Assembly (NCBI GenBank): GCA_963724125.1
Contig: CAVRTJ010000011.1
Coordinates: 64,529 to 128,528 of the forward strand
Reading direction: 5' to 3'
DNA length: 64,000 nt
DNA from: an uncultured Acidobacteriota bacterium
Lineage (GTDB): Bacteria; Acidobacteriota; UBA4820; DSQY01
Shown here: positions 1 through 11,164 of the stretch, in pieces
How the letters are laid out: each line of letters starts with the position of its first letter
Numbering within the stretch: the stretch's first letter is position 1
Program-made: the position numbers and the translations under genes
The notes under the pieces: generated by a model
Databases searched by the model: none
Told to the model about the DNA's origin: nothing
The model's input: only the letters and a program-made list of their open reading frames with translations

Positions 1-797
1 TTGCCGGATGGCGCAAACCGGTCCTCCGGCAGCTTTTCAAAAACCTCTAACGCGAGATCTCCACCCAGTCTCCGGATTCTGAGTTGCCGGCCGCCCGGGG
101 CGATATAGGTGTGCCCGGGCAGGACGACCTCGCCGTCCTCGGCCTCCTTGACGACGCGTCCGGTCAGTCCGCTCAATCTTTCGGCAAAGAGGCGGGTGAA
201 CACCGCCGGCATGTGCTGGCAGATCAGGACGGGCGAGAGGATCTTTGGGGACAGTCCCATGAGGATCCGCTGCAGGGCGGGAGGGCCACCGGTCGACGAA
301 ACGAGAGCCACGATTTCCGCCCTTCGTTTGCCCGTGCCTTTGGGGAGGCTCTTGGGCGGGGTCGGCGCTTCATCGTTGAGCCGTTGCCGGATCCGATCGA
401 GCTGCAGGGTGCGAATAGCCAGGATCTTCGTCAGGAGCTCCTTTTCGATGCTGACGAGCTGCGGAGAGGCCATCCGTGTGGGTTTGACCACGAAGTCCAC
501 GGCGCCAAGGTCGAGCGCCTTGAAAACGGAGCGGTCCGATTCCCTGGCTGAAACGACGATCACGGGCAGGGGATTATTCGCCATAATCCAGCGTAGGACT
601 GCGAACCCGTCCATGTTCGGCATCTCAAGGTCCAGGGTCAACGCATCCGGTTGATATTTTATGATCTTCCTGATGGCGTCCTCGCCGTCGAACGCCTTTC
701 CGACGACCTCGACAAACCGCGATCGATGCAGGATCTCAGAGATCACCTTGCGGTTGAAAGACGAATCGTCGACCACCAGAACGCGGATGGGCTTCAT
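1..797 (-). CDS. cheB: Chemotaxis response regulator protein-glutamate methylesterase CheB (3' end truncated by window edge)
   Basis: Absent from the ORF track because it has no in-window stop. Reverse complement of 763-797 reads ATGAAGCCCATCCGCGTTCTGGTGGTCGACGATTC = MKPIRVLVVDDS (REC N-terminus). Translation continues ...PDALTLDLEMPNMDGF... then the methylesterase core ...SSTGGPPAL.... The start codon ATGA-overlaps the cheR stop. Confidence 0.8.
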   Translation of the reverse strand, partial: MKPIRVLVVDDSSFNRKVISEILHRSRFVEVVGKAFDGEDAIRKIIKYQPDALTLDLEMPNMDGFAVLRWIMANNPLPVIVVSARESDRSVFKALDLGAVDFVVKPTRMASPQLVSIEKELLTKILAIRTLQLDRIRQRLNDEAPTPPKSLPKGTGKRRAEIVALVSSTGGPPALQRILMGLSPKILSPVLICQHMPAVFTRLFAERLSGLTGRVVKEAEDGEVVLPGHTYIAPGGRQLRIRRLGGDLALEVFEKLPEDRFAPSG

Positions 798-1657
798 TGG
801 GTGGCCTTCGTATAGACGAGGTCACTGGGCAGATGAACGAGCTTGAACTTGTCGGTTATGGAAATGAGGCTCTCGGAGTGTCCCAGCAACAGGTACCCCC
901 CTTCGCGCATCTTTTCCCAAAAACGCTCTATCACCTTGACCTTGGCTTCGATATCGAAATAGATAATGACGTTGCGGCAGAAAATCACGTCGAAGGGGGT
1001 GAAGAGGCTGTACCTGTCCAGGTCGAAGAGGTTGAACCTCGAGAACTTCACCTTCCGCCGGATTTCGTCGCTGATTCTGAAACGCCCATCGGGCTCTTTC
1101 CTGAACCACCTGTTCTTGAACGCATCGTCGACGGCCCGGAAGGAACTCTCCGTGTAGAGGCCCTCCCTGGCCCTGGCCAGAACGCGGGTGTTGATATCCG
1201 TCGCCATGATCTCCACCTCGCCGTCCTTGAACAGCCCGGATTCATGGAGCAGGATCACTATAGAGTAAGGTTCCTCTCCCGTCGAACAGCCGGCGCTCCA
1301 GACCCTGATCTTCCTGTCGGGCTTCTGCTTGACCAGCAGGGGGAGGATGTCCTTCTGAAAGCACTTGAGCTGCCGTTCCTCACGCATGAAATACGTTTCA
1401 TTGGTGGTCAGGAGGTCTATGAGTCTGCCCCATTCCTGCTCCTTCTCCTGGTCGTAGAGAAGAAAGTGAATGTACTCCTCCGGCCGAATGCCTCCTAGCG
1501 CTTCGAGTCGGTTTTCCAGCCGCTTCTCCACGAAGAACCTCGAATTGTCCGAGAAGGACAGTCCGGTCCCGTCGTGAACGAGAGCGCAGAACCGCCTGAA
1601 GACATCGTCGCTCAGGAGTGCTGTGCCCAGACTGTCGAGGCTATCCCATGCGCCCAT
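794..1657 (-). CDS. cheR: Chemotaxis protein methyltransferase CheR
   Basis: 287-aa ORF with a CheR SAM-dependent methyltransferase fold: ...IRVWSAGCSTGEEPYSIVILL... and ...IFCRNVIIYFD.... Coupled to cheB. Confidence 0.9.
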   Translation of the reverse strand: MGAWDSLDSLGTALLSDDVFRRFCALVHDGTGLSFSDNSRFFVEKRLENRLEALGGIRPEEYIHFLLYDQEKEQEWGRLIDLLTTNETYFMREERQLKCFQKDILPLLVKQKPDRKIRVWSAGCSTGEEPYSIVILLHESGLFKDGEVEIMATDINTRVLARAREGLYTESSFRAVDDAFKNRWFRKEPDGRFRISDEIRRKVKFSRFNLFDLDRYSLFTPFDVIFCRNVIIYFDIEAKVKVIERFWEKMREGGYLLLGHSESLISITDKFKLVHLPSDLVYTKATQ

Positions 1658-1660
1658 GCT

Positions 1661-4000
1661 CTACCGGCTCTCCAGTTGTTTGAGTATTTCGATGAGGATC
1701 AGTTTCGTCTGAAAATCGACGGACTGTGCCTCATTCTCGATCAGCCGGAGATGTTCTCGGCCGAGAGCCAGGAAGAAGGCGTAGGCGGAGTCCTTGAGGA
1801 CGGGATCCGTGAGGTAGTTCAGCATCCGGGGCACGGCCTCCGCCGCCCTGAGGGCTATGAGGGCCTGCACAACCGTCTGCTTGACCGTCGGATCCGGGTC
1901 GCGTTCGAGTTCCTTGAGAAGCAGCGGAATGTAACGGTGGTGGTTGGATCCGCCCATCAGTTCGATGGCTGAGGATCGGACTTCCCACCTGTGGTCGGTC
2001 AGGGCCTGCTCCAGGATTCTCATACCGTCTGGGCGGCCCGATCGCGCCAGTGCCGCCAAGGCCGCCCGCCTGACCTCCAACGGATTCTGGTCGTCGTGCG
2101 CAAGCTTCATCACGGCGGGAAGAGGATCCCGCAGCCCACTTCCGCAAGGCCGCGCAAGGCGCCAAGCTTGACCGGAAGAACGTCCTGCTCGAGAAGGCCG
2201 AGGAGCGCGTCGCCCACCGACGGATCGGTACTCTGCGCAAGCGCGCAGGCCGCTTCGGAGCGGACCCATACATCCTGATCCGCAAGAAGCGTCATGAGCG
2301 TTTCGGGCTGCCGGGCAAGTAATTCCCGCCCGAGCACCGAAATGACTACGCGGCGGACCCTCGAACTGTCATCACCGAGGATGGGCAGGAGGGTCTCAAA
2401 GGCGGAATCTCCCATTTTGTGGGCGATGAGCCTCACGACGGTCTGGCGCACTGCGGGTGCGTCGTCCTGAGCCCGGGGATGAGGGGGGCCGTGTCCTGCC
2501 CCAGGCTCTCCGCGAGCAGCGTGTAGCCTGCCCTCCTCACGCCTTCTTCGGCGTCTTGTCATAGTCCTGCCGAAATAGCCCATGCGGCCCTTGTGCGAGG
2601 GATACTTGCGCGCGAGGCGCTTGATGGCTCTCAGCGCCGTCTCATGGAAGGTCGCGTCCTGCTCGCGCAGTACGGAAACGAGTTCCTGGAGGCAGCGCGG
2701 GTCATCGAGCTCTCCCAGCGCGGCCAATGCCCCATGCGGATCTGGGCGTCCACTTCTCGCGCCTGGTTGAGGATAGGCACGATGGCGTCGGGACCGTTCG
2801 ACAGCCCCACGAGCCGAATGAGCGGGATCTTGTGCCCGAGTGACTGGGTCCGGTTGAGATGCCTCACCAGGAAGGGCGTCGCCGCCTTGCCGTAAGCTGC
2901 GGCGGCCTCGAAGGCGTCCTTCTGAAGGTAGGGATTTTCCAGTCGGACAGCACCCGGTCCAGAAGAGAGAGGTCCGCAAGAAAGCCGGCGACCAGAATCA
3001 TCCCCCGGCGCTCTTCCACTTGGCTTCCTCCCATCGTTCGTCCAGGGCCTCCACCAACTCCATGGGAAAGTGTTTCTAAGAGCTGTGCCATCTCCGCCTG
3101 GTGCCTTTCGAGCAGGGCGGCGGGGATACCGGCGTAAAGGTGCGCGCGATGGCGTCAAGTAGGTCCATGAGCGGGCTGCCGGGTTCCCCGGCTTTTTCCA
3201 TCAGGAAGGGGATCACCCGCAGGTCGGCCATGTGGCCCATGGCCTTGAGGACTGCTTTTCGAAATTTCCGGCTGTCGTAGAGTTCGAGCAGTTTGGTCGT
3301 GGCCACGGGGCCGCAGATGTTGCTGAGGGCGTCTATAGATGGAACCAGAGCCAGTCGTCCTGCCGCTTGAAAATGTCCAGCAGCACGGGGAGGCCGTATC
3401 CCGCAAACGGCCGAGGCTGGTGATCGCCGCAGAACAGATATTTTTGTCCTGATGGCTTAGATAGTAGATGAGATGGGGTGCCGAGTTCCTGCTCGGGACT
3501 TCGCCGAGAAGCGTGATCAGTGCAAGCTTGACGTCCACGTCCCCTTCCACCAGATGGTCGTAGATGTGAGGCAGGGCCGCCACCCCCTCCTTGATGAGGG
3601 CTTCGACCGCCGAATTCCGCTTTCCCCGCGTCGCGGAGTGGTAGAGTGCCCGGAAGAGCAGCGGCAGTACCGGTTCCGCCGGAAAGATGATGATCGACTC
3701 TACGGCGGCTTTTCGAACGCCCAGTTCCCGTCGCCTAAAAGAGCGTCGAGGATGGGCAAAGCCGTGTCGATAGACTCATCGGCCAGGGCGAGCGCCGCCT
3801 TGCGTGGGCTCTCGACGTCCTTCGAGACGGCCAGTCTTTCCGCATCATGGCCTGAAGGATTCCCCCTGAATTCAAGACGCCCCAGGTATCGGTCAACCAC
3901 TTCACGGAGCAGGTCGCCTGCGCCGGCTTCTTATCATCGAGGTAGCGTCTGGCCTCCGTGGTCTCGTCCGAGAACACGAGGAAAAAATCCTCCGCGTTCT
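1661..4000 (-). CDS. HEAT / PBS-lyase repeat protein of the chemotaxis cluster, broken into at least 6 frames (probable sequencing frameshifts, possibly a pseudogene)
   Basis: Consecutive minus-strand ORFs 1661..2269, 2110..2979, 2631..3158, 3076..3306, 3155..3583 and 3700..3900 all carry HEAT/PBS-lyase repeat sequence: ...VRRAALAALARSG..., ...VWVRSEAACALAQSTDPS..., ...ALITLLGEVPSRNSAPHLIYYLSHQD..., ...ESIDTALPILDALLGDGN... in shifting frames. Confidence 0.5.
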
Positions 4001-4061
4001 TGACCTGGCCATCTTGTTCGGGTGATAGACGATAAGGTCCGGAAGACGCTCCTGGCCATTC

Positions 4062-4618
4062 TCATGGCGTCGTGTTCGCGTTCCGGGCCAAGGCCTCGGA
4101 GGCAAGAGGCTGGCGGAAATGGAATTCCAGTTTCTTGACCATGGAACCTTCGTCGATTCCTTCGTCCAGATAGTCGTCGGCCCCGTAGAGGGAACCGGGC
4201 CTGCGGCGGTAGCGCCTGGCGTCGTGAATCGCCCCGAGCAACACAATCGTCTGCGGGGCGTTCTGCTCCGCCCTCAGGCGCGCGATGAGGTCCATGCCCA
4301 TGAGGCCGGGGAGGTAGGGATTTACTAGGAGCAACTCCGGTTTTGTCGACACGACGATTGTATGCCTTCGCCCGTCTTCAACGACATAGAGGTGAAAATG
4401 TTGCCTGGTCAGTGTGTCGATGATCAGGTTCCTGAAGTCCCGCTGTATATCCGCAACCACGGCCGATACCGCTTTCCGTGCCCGCTCTCGTGGCTCATCT
4501 CCCGCGAAGGGCTCACCAGGAATTCGTGTCCGCAACTCCGACAGCGGACCCTCAGCAGCTTGTCCTGGTCCGACGGCAGACGGTACTGCTTCAGGCAGCT
4601 CGGACATTGAACGTTCAT
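4062..4618 (-). CDS. MJ0042-type zinc-ribbon plus CheY-like receiver protein (frameshifted); may be the N-terminal part of the downstream HEAT-repeat gene
   Basis: The ATG at 4618 (RBS GGGAGG) opens MNVQCPSCLKQYRLPSDQDKLLRVRCRSCGHEFLV, a zinc ribbon with two CxxC pairs. The overlapping frame 4062..4607 then gives REC-like ...KPELLLVNPYLPGLMGMDLIARLRAEQNAPQTIVLLGAIHD...GADDYL. Confidence 0.5.
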
Positions 4619-4631
4619 GAGCCTCCCGGGG

Positions 4632-5395
4632 TCAAAGCTGAATGTCGAGGAAAAGGGGCAGGTTGTGAAAAGCCCTGGCCTGTCCCGTGTGATGAAAAAC
4701 ACCCGCAACGAAGTCCTGCGCGACAGCCTTGAAGCCTTCGGGCGGTGGTTCGAGAGACTGAAGATGACAGCTACGAGCTGGTGGATGGCGTCGACCAGCA
4801 GGCCGAAGTGGTCCGCGCCCATGTCCAGCACGATGATCTTCCGTCCATCCGCCGAGGTGTTCCGGCTGGTTTGCAGCCGCGCGGCCACGTCCAGCACGCT
4901 CACGACCTTGCCGCGCAGGGATATGATACCCCGGAGGTAGGCCGGGGCGTTCGGCACCGGAGTGATGAGCGGCTCCTCGATGATCAGTGCGATCTCGTGT
5001 ATCGGAATGGCGTACTTTTCCTTGCCGAGGCTGAAGATGAGCAGCCTCTCGCCGGAATCCCGGGCTTGCGCGTCGGCCTGCACCCCTGTCGGTCCTCGTT
5101 CCTCCGGAAGACCCTCATTCAGGATGTCCCGTGACTCGGCGCCGGGCAGGCCTGCAGCCGCGCTGAGCGGGAGTCCCTTTTTCTCCCCCGGGGAATCGGA
5201 CGAGCTCTTGCGACGGGATTTCACCGCCTTCTCAGGCTGTTTCCCGGATGGCGCCTTTGATGCGCCCGTCCTTCTCTTCTTGGGGCGGGGCTGTTCGGAA
5301 GTGGCCGTCTGCCGCGCTTTCTTACGGATTTTGGCAAGATCCACTGACGCCTCCGTTGACCTATCAATTATACGGGAGCGCCCTACGCTCTGCAA
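4632..5395 (-). CDS. cheW: CheW-like coupling protein with a basic N-terminal extension (one frameshift near 4770)
   Basis: The ORF 4424..5395 has a CheW core ...ERLLIFSLGKEKYAIPIHEIALIIEEPLITPVPNAPAYLRGIISLRGKVVSVLDVAARL...KIIVLDMGADHFGLLVDAIHQLV. The true C-terminus is in the +2 frame: SLEPPPEGFKAVAQDFVAGVF...LPLFLDIQL, with its stop at 4632. Confidence 0.7.
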
Positions 5396-5629
5396 TCACG
5401 CTCGATTCGATACGGACAGGGCGGCCCTCGCAGAGAAACGGCCTGGCGGTTGGAATCCGCGGTACGGCGCGGGTGTTATCTAGCCATATCGGAGGAACGG
5501 GAGCCATGGCGGACAGGGAAAGCGATCGATGGGAACCTCTCCCGAGGCCCTACCCCTGGATTGAGATTCTTCTTGATCTGGGCGATCGTTTCGTGCTGGA
5601 AGATCAAGAATCGAGGCCAGGATCAACAT

Positions 5630-6707
5630 ATGGCGCATGCTGATCGTTTCGATATCTCTTTCATCCCCCTCGCGAACATTTTGGTGTACGGCCCCAGAAC
5701 CCGCACGTGGCGGGTCTGTGGCGGTCGCACTGATCGTGACGGTGTCCTCGTCTTCCTCTTTCTCCTGAAGTTCCCCAGGCTCCTGCCGGTCATTCGGTAC
5801 GCTTCGGTGACCCTGGACGTGACGACCGTAACTGTTCTCCTGCTGAACTACATGCTTCAGGGAGACGTGCTCATGGCCACGAACAGCCAGGTCACATTCC
5901 TGATTTACTTCCTGGCCCTCGCCCTGATAGCGAGCAGGTACGACGAAAAGCTGGCCATCTACGGGGCCTCCCTGGTGGTCGTGGAATACCTCCTCCTGAT
6001 CGCCACGGGCTACCTCTTTTTCGGCCTGCCCGCGGTGAAGCCGGACCCGGGCTACGGCGGTTTTGCGTGGACGAGCCAGATAGGACGGCTCATCATTCTC
6101 GGGGCTGCCTCGGCCATCGCGATCACGGTCGTGAGAAACGCGAGACACCTGCGCGAGAACTCCATCAGGGATTCGCTGACCGGCGTCTACAACAGGGGCT
6201 ATTTCCAGGACGTCCTTCGGCTGGAAATGGCTTACAGCAAACGGCAGCGTACTCCCCTGTCGGTGGTCATGATGGACATCGACAACTTCAAGTCTTCAAC
6301 GACAGCTTCGGTCATCTGAAGGGGGACGGCCTCCTGGTGGCCGTCGGGGACTTTCTCAACCGAAACCTCAGGCGGAGTGACGTGCTGGCGCGGTACGGCG
6401 GCGACCAATTCGTTCTGCTTCTGCTGGAAACAAAGGCCTGCGACGCCTGCCGGACCCTTCTCCGCCTCCAGGGGATGATGGGCGACTGGCTGCGGGGCCT
6501 GATTCCGGAATCCTCGCCCAACATCACATTTTCCCTCGGGGTGGCGTCGATGCACCCGGAGGACGAGGCTCCACCGCCCTCATCGAACGGGCGGATGCCG
6601 CCCTCTACAGAGCCAAGCAGGCGGGCGGGAACGCTGTGTGCGGAGAGGAGCAAGGCATCCTGAAACCCGGGGACCCGTCGCCGCGAAGGCAGGAGGGGCC
6701 CGTCTAG
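5630..6707 (+). CDS. Membrane-anchored GGDEF diguanylate cyclase (two homopolymer frameshifts)
   Basis: MAHADRF... then TM helices then DSLTGVYNRGYFQD...VVMMDIDNFKS. Shifting frame gives FNDSFGHLKGDGLLVAVGDFL...RYGGDQFVLLL (GGDQF active-site motif). Shifting again gives ...TALIERADAALYRAKQAGGNAV. The shift at about 6300 is a TT where TTT is needed (aagtcTTcaacgac). Confidence 0.8.
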
Positions 6708-6731
6708 CGCCCCCGCCTTTGCTCTGCACCC

Positions 6732-7364
6732 TCAACCGCCGGGGCAGGGCGTCAGGTTCCCAGGTAGGAATGAACGCCTCTTAGCCAGAGACGCGTGCCT
6801 TCTTACGGTCGTTTCGCGGATTGAGAGCAGCCCGGCGATTTCGGTGTCGTCGTGCCCGAGAATCTCTCTGAGGATGAAGACAACGCGCTGGCGGGGAGGC
6901 AGGACCTTAACCCACGAATACACCTTCTCGAGGCTGACGGGCGAGCCAAGAAGGTCGAGATCCGGGAGTTCGCTCGGGAGGTCCTCGAGGGAAACGTGGT
7001 CCCGCCTGCTTCGTCGGATGAACGTGTAGGCCCTTCTTACGGCGATCGTCTTGAGAAAGGGCAGGGGATCTTCTCCAGGGCGCAGTCTGGGCAGCGCCTT
7101 GTGAAACCTGAAGAATGTATCCTGGAGAATGTCTTCTACATCCTGGAAGCACGGGACTATCTGAAAGACGAGCCTGAAGACGGCTGGGTAGCAGGCGTTG
7201 AGAAGGCGGCTGAAAGCCGCTTGATCGCCGTTCCGGGCGGAGGCCAGATACTCGACGATTGCTGCGTCGTCGTGGGACTTTTCTTCAGGGGTCAAGGTCC
7301 CTCCGCTAGCCTTTCTATCCTCTGCAAAAACACGCGACCGTCCGTCCGGTTCCCGCGTCTCCAT
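6732..7364 (-). CDS. ECF (sigma-24 family) RNA polymerase sigma factor
   Basis: Region 2 ...AAFSRLLNACYPAVFRLVFQIV... and region 4 ...LPPRQRVVFILREILGHDDTEIAGLLSIRETTVRRHASLAKRR. No adjacent anti-sigma factor is evident. Confidence 0.8.
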   Translation of the reverse strand: METREPDGRSRVFAEDRKASGGTLTPEEKSHDDAAIVEYLASARNGDQAAFSRLLNACYPAVFRLVFQIVPCFQDVEDILQDTFFRFHKALPRLRPGEDPLPFLKTIAVRRAYTFIRRSRRDHVSLEDLPSELPDLDLLGSPVSLEKVYSWVKVLPPRQRVVFILREILGHDDTEIAGLLSIRETTVRRHASLAKRRSFLPGNLTPCPGG

Positions 7365-7394
7365 CGCAAAGTCCCGCCGGACAATCGAAAAGCG

Positions 7395-10300
7395 TTACGG
7401 AAGAACGTGCCAATTCCTGGTTGTTCGGTTGTAGCTCACGGTGACGGATCCTCCGTCACCGTTGACGATTCTGATGGAGACGTCCGTGTCGTGCGGAAAT
7501 ACCGCCTTGAGCGAAGCGCCACTTTTGAGAACGAGCTTGCCCGGGCTCTTGACCTTCACATTCGGCCACGGAGCGCCTCCCACGGTGACCGACGCGTCCT
7601 GGCTGAACCCGCTTCCCTTGAGAATGACTCGGAATGGACTCCTGCGCTTCTTGACGATCTGCACCGTGGGAGGAGCGCTTATTGTGATCGTCCCGCCTTT
7701 GGAGCACGTGGCGCCGGGCAGAGTGGCGGCCATGGACCAGCTGTAAGTTCCTACCGCCGAGTAGACGTGGGTCGCCGAGCCGCCGCCGGATAGGGGGGAC
7801 CCGTCACCGAAGTCCCATTCGTACGTGGGTTCTCCGGCGCAGTTCTGGGTGACCGCGGAGGCGGTGAAGGTCACGGTGTTCCCGATGGCAGCCGCCTGCG
7901 GTGCCTGGGCCGTGCAGGACAGCGTGCAGGGAAGATCAGTGGGTGTCGCCGAGACGACAGGACCGGGGGCGCCCTCGAAGCCCTCCCCGTCTATGCTCGT
8001 CACCACGTAGTCGTAGGTTGTGCCGTTCTGGAGCCCCGCGTCTTCGTAGGTGTCCGCCGAACCGGGAACCGTGGCGATGAACGTCCAGATTCCGCCGCCG
8101 TCGTCAGAGCGATAAACGGCATACTGGGACACCAGGTCCGGCGAAGGGGACCAGAAAAGGCCGACGGCTGAGTTCCCCGCCTGGGCCCGGGGCGAGAGGG
8201 GCGCCTTGGGCGCGGGCATTCGCAGGCGCATCGAGGGATCGCCGAGCAGCACGTTTCCGTCGACGATTCTGGGGGTGGTCGAAGGGGACGCGAACCGGCC
8301 GGCTTCGACCAGGTCGCCCGAGTCTCCGGATTTTTTCAAAGCCGAACGCCTGGCCGAAGACGGCGTCGTTGAACGTTTCTTCTTCGTCGGGGTAGGCGAT
8401 GGTGGAGAAGCCGCAGGAGCCTATGGAGCCCCTGTCGGGGCGGTTGATCGAGCGTCTTCCATGAGCGCGGGATCCCCGACTTCGTCGAATGCCGAATTGT
8501 AACAGCTGCTGTTGACGACGAACGGCAGCGGGACGGACGAGGCCGTGACGGTCGGCAAGCAGGTCTACGTCGGAGTCCTCGCATGTCCCCGATGCGCAGT
8601 TTCGCGACTGGAAAGGCCGTGAAAATCGCATAGTCGGTTTCCCCAGAACGAAACGCCGCTGTGCCCGTCGTAGTGGACCAGGACGGCCTGGTTCCAATCC
8701 GCCCTGATGTCAGATGCACAGGCGTCGGCGTCCGTTCCGTTATAAGGGGGATCGTGGAAGTAGACGTGAAGGTCCTGCCACGGTGGAAGCGTGTAGGTGG
8801 TGCGCAGGTAGTCGTTGTAGGTCTCGAAAACCTGCTCCCACGCACTCGTGTAGGTGTCCGCCACGAATAGTCCCGTCTTGTACCAGTTTCCACTTAACGA
8901 TTGGTCCTCGTAATCCATGATCTTGGTCAGGACACCCGCCAGTTCATCGTAGGACCGCACGGGTAGCCTGCCGACCGCCATGTCCGGGTACCCGTCGCCA
9001 TTCACGTCCGCAAACCAGGCGTCCGAGGGGTAGCGCCCCATGTAGGTACTGTCCGACGTGTCCTCGAACATCATGGTGGGCACCCAGTCCTTGAACGTGG
9101 AATCCTGCATATAGTTCTTGTAGTCGTACGAGGCGTCGCCTATGAGGAGCACGTACTTCGGGACGGGATTCCAGTTCGCGGCGGCGGCCGTCAGGAAGGA
9201 CCGGATGGCTGTGGGGTCGAAGATGCCGTAGGAATAATTGTCGTAGATATCCTGGATGTCCACGACCTTCACGGACATTTCGGATGAGCGCCTGGCGAGG
9301 TAGGCCTGCCAGACGGCGTCGTTCCCGGCGGGGTGAAAATCCGGGTGGGTGATGATGAGCAAATCGGCTCCCAGCGAAGGGGCCGATAGGTCCGGGGGCG
9401 TGACCGTCTGCGCGTCGTCCGGGGAGAAGGGGACTGCTCGATCAGAAAGACACGGCGCGCCGATCACGGACGGATCGGCGGCCATCTGGAACGTGGCCAC
9501 CCCGTCCGAGAAGTCCGCTCCAATTAACAACGTGGGGATCTTTAGTCCCGTCTCGGCATCGCTCTTGGACAGGTCCAGGATGTAAGGGGCCGAGGCGTAG
9601 CCGGCGCTTGAATACTGGGCATTCTGATTCGGGGCGGTAAAAAGGAGCGTTCCCGAATCGGCGTCGAAGGTCCGGGTGTAGGTCACGTTGAAGTAGTCCG
9701 GAATCTGGTAATCTCCGCAGATGCCGGTATGGTTAGTGAGAGCGCGTTTCCGGCAGGTGAAGGCGGGCCGTCGAAGGTCCAGTCGAAGGTGGCGAGGGCC
9801 TTGCCCGTCCACGTGGCGGGATCGGGACCGGAAGACGGAGATGCGCCGTTCAGCGTGGCCTGCAGGGTGTGTGTGCCGTCTGTAAAACTGGCCATGAGGG
9901 CATCGACCGTGCACACCCGTTCCCGGCCGCGGGGTGGGGAAGCACAAGAGTGTATGTCCCTGGCTGAGGTCGAGGCCGAGAGAACGGGTCCCCAGAACCA
10001 GAGGTCGCCATCGGGACGCAGGTGGTAGATGCAGTAGAAGAAGTCGTTCTTCTCGAAGTGCACCGTCGCGTCGAAGCTCGTCTTCTCGGGATACCCTGAG
10101 ACGGGAGCGGCGTCCGCGGATGTCATTCGCAGACCCGGGCTGGAATCTTCGTAGAGCCAGTAGACTGGGTATCGGTGAAAGTCGCCGCCATTGAAGACGG
10201 GGCGGTCCTTCACGTCCATCTTCTGGCCGTAGAAGACGATGGCGTTGCCCGGCGCCGAAGGACCCCGTCTGCGGCCCTTCGATGACGATGGGAATCTCGA

Positions 10301-11031
10301 TGCCCCGGCACATCAGGTGCAGGTTCGCGGGATCGATTCCGTCGACGGGGAAATCCGTGATCGACAAGGTAGGCGTAATCGAGGCGGTAGAGGCCGTCCC
10401 TTGAGACTTTGATCCGGAGCTTGGGCGCCGCCGGCGCGTAGGCGATCACGGGATTCAGCTGGACTGCGGGGGACGATTGTGGGACGGACGGGCGATGCCG
10501 GGGCGATTCCCGCATCTTCGGGATTGAGAAAAAGGTCCGCACCGGCGGGACGGGTGCATCCGCCCGTCGCGCCCGTCTTTCGAACCTTGATCCAGGCCGG
10601 GAACTTCGACCCGGACCGTGAGGCTCGTCAACAGAGAGGCCGTGCCGCCCGTATCGCCGGCCTTGAGCGGATAGATGAGGATCTCCTGGAAATCCGTCGC
10701 CCGCCACCTGCCTCGCGTGCCGAGGACCACCGCGGATCCGGTCCGGCACGGGAGAGTGCCGGCGATAATCGGCGTCCAGCTCTCGGCGACAACCCGAACC
10801 GTAGGCTGTCCCGCCCCGGGGGGAAGCGCCACCTTGAGAGAAACCACGGGCGGGCGGGTGCGATGTTCCTGGACTCTCCGGGGAGGTCCAGGCCGCTATC
10901 TGTCCCGCGTCGGGGCTCCAGCGGACGAGAAGGCCGCCATCCGTGCGGACGGCCGTCGAGGCGGCGCATACCGCGTTACCCGCACAAGCCAGGATGACGA
11001 TGATGATCCATGCAGAGAGACTGCGCCTCAT
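7395..11031 (-). CDS. Secreted gingipain-like cysteine peptidase (peptidase C25) with FN3, PKD and a C-terminal IPT-like domain; at least 5 frameshifts
   Basis: Signal peptide MRRSLSAWIIIVILACAGNAVCAAS from the ATG at 11031. C25 N-terminal and catalytic region: ...LLIITHPDFHPAGN...KVVDIQDIYDNYSYGIFDPTAIRSFLTAAAANWNPVPKYVLLIGDASYDYKN...MAVGRLPVRSYDEL...AVLVHYDGHSGVSFWGN. FN3: LFWSPSPDLVSQYAVYRSDDGGGIWTF...YDYVVTSID. PKD: YEWDFGDGS...THVYSAVGTY. The C-terminal roughly 85 aa is shared with the protein at 30030..31745. Pieces lie in ORFs 10210..11220, 10455..10847, 9683..10219, 8565..10367, 8104..8697 and 7395..8339. Confidence 0.7.
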
Positions 11032-11164
11032 GGCTACATGATAGGAGGAAAGACGGTGAAAAACAACGGCGCGGAATGGCCAATGAAAGACGTCGAAGCA
11101 ATTGATTGAGGACTGCGTGGGAGACAAAGCGAGACTCGTGGGAGATCCTGTGATGTTGCCTCTA

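Noticed and set aside
8565-10367. N-terminal about 220 aa of the 600-aa ORF (MSITDFPVDGIDPANL…) as a separate domain
   Set aside because: This part is an out-of-frame run across the real N-terminal region of the C25 peptidase. The genuine sequence is carried by ORFs 9683..10219, 10455..10847 and 10210..11220.
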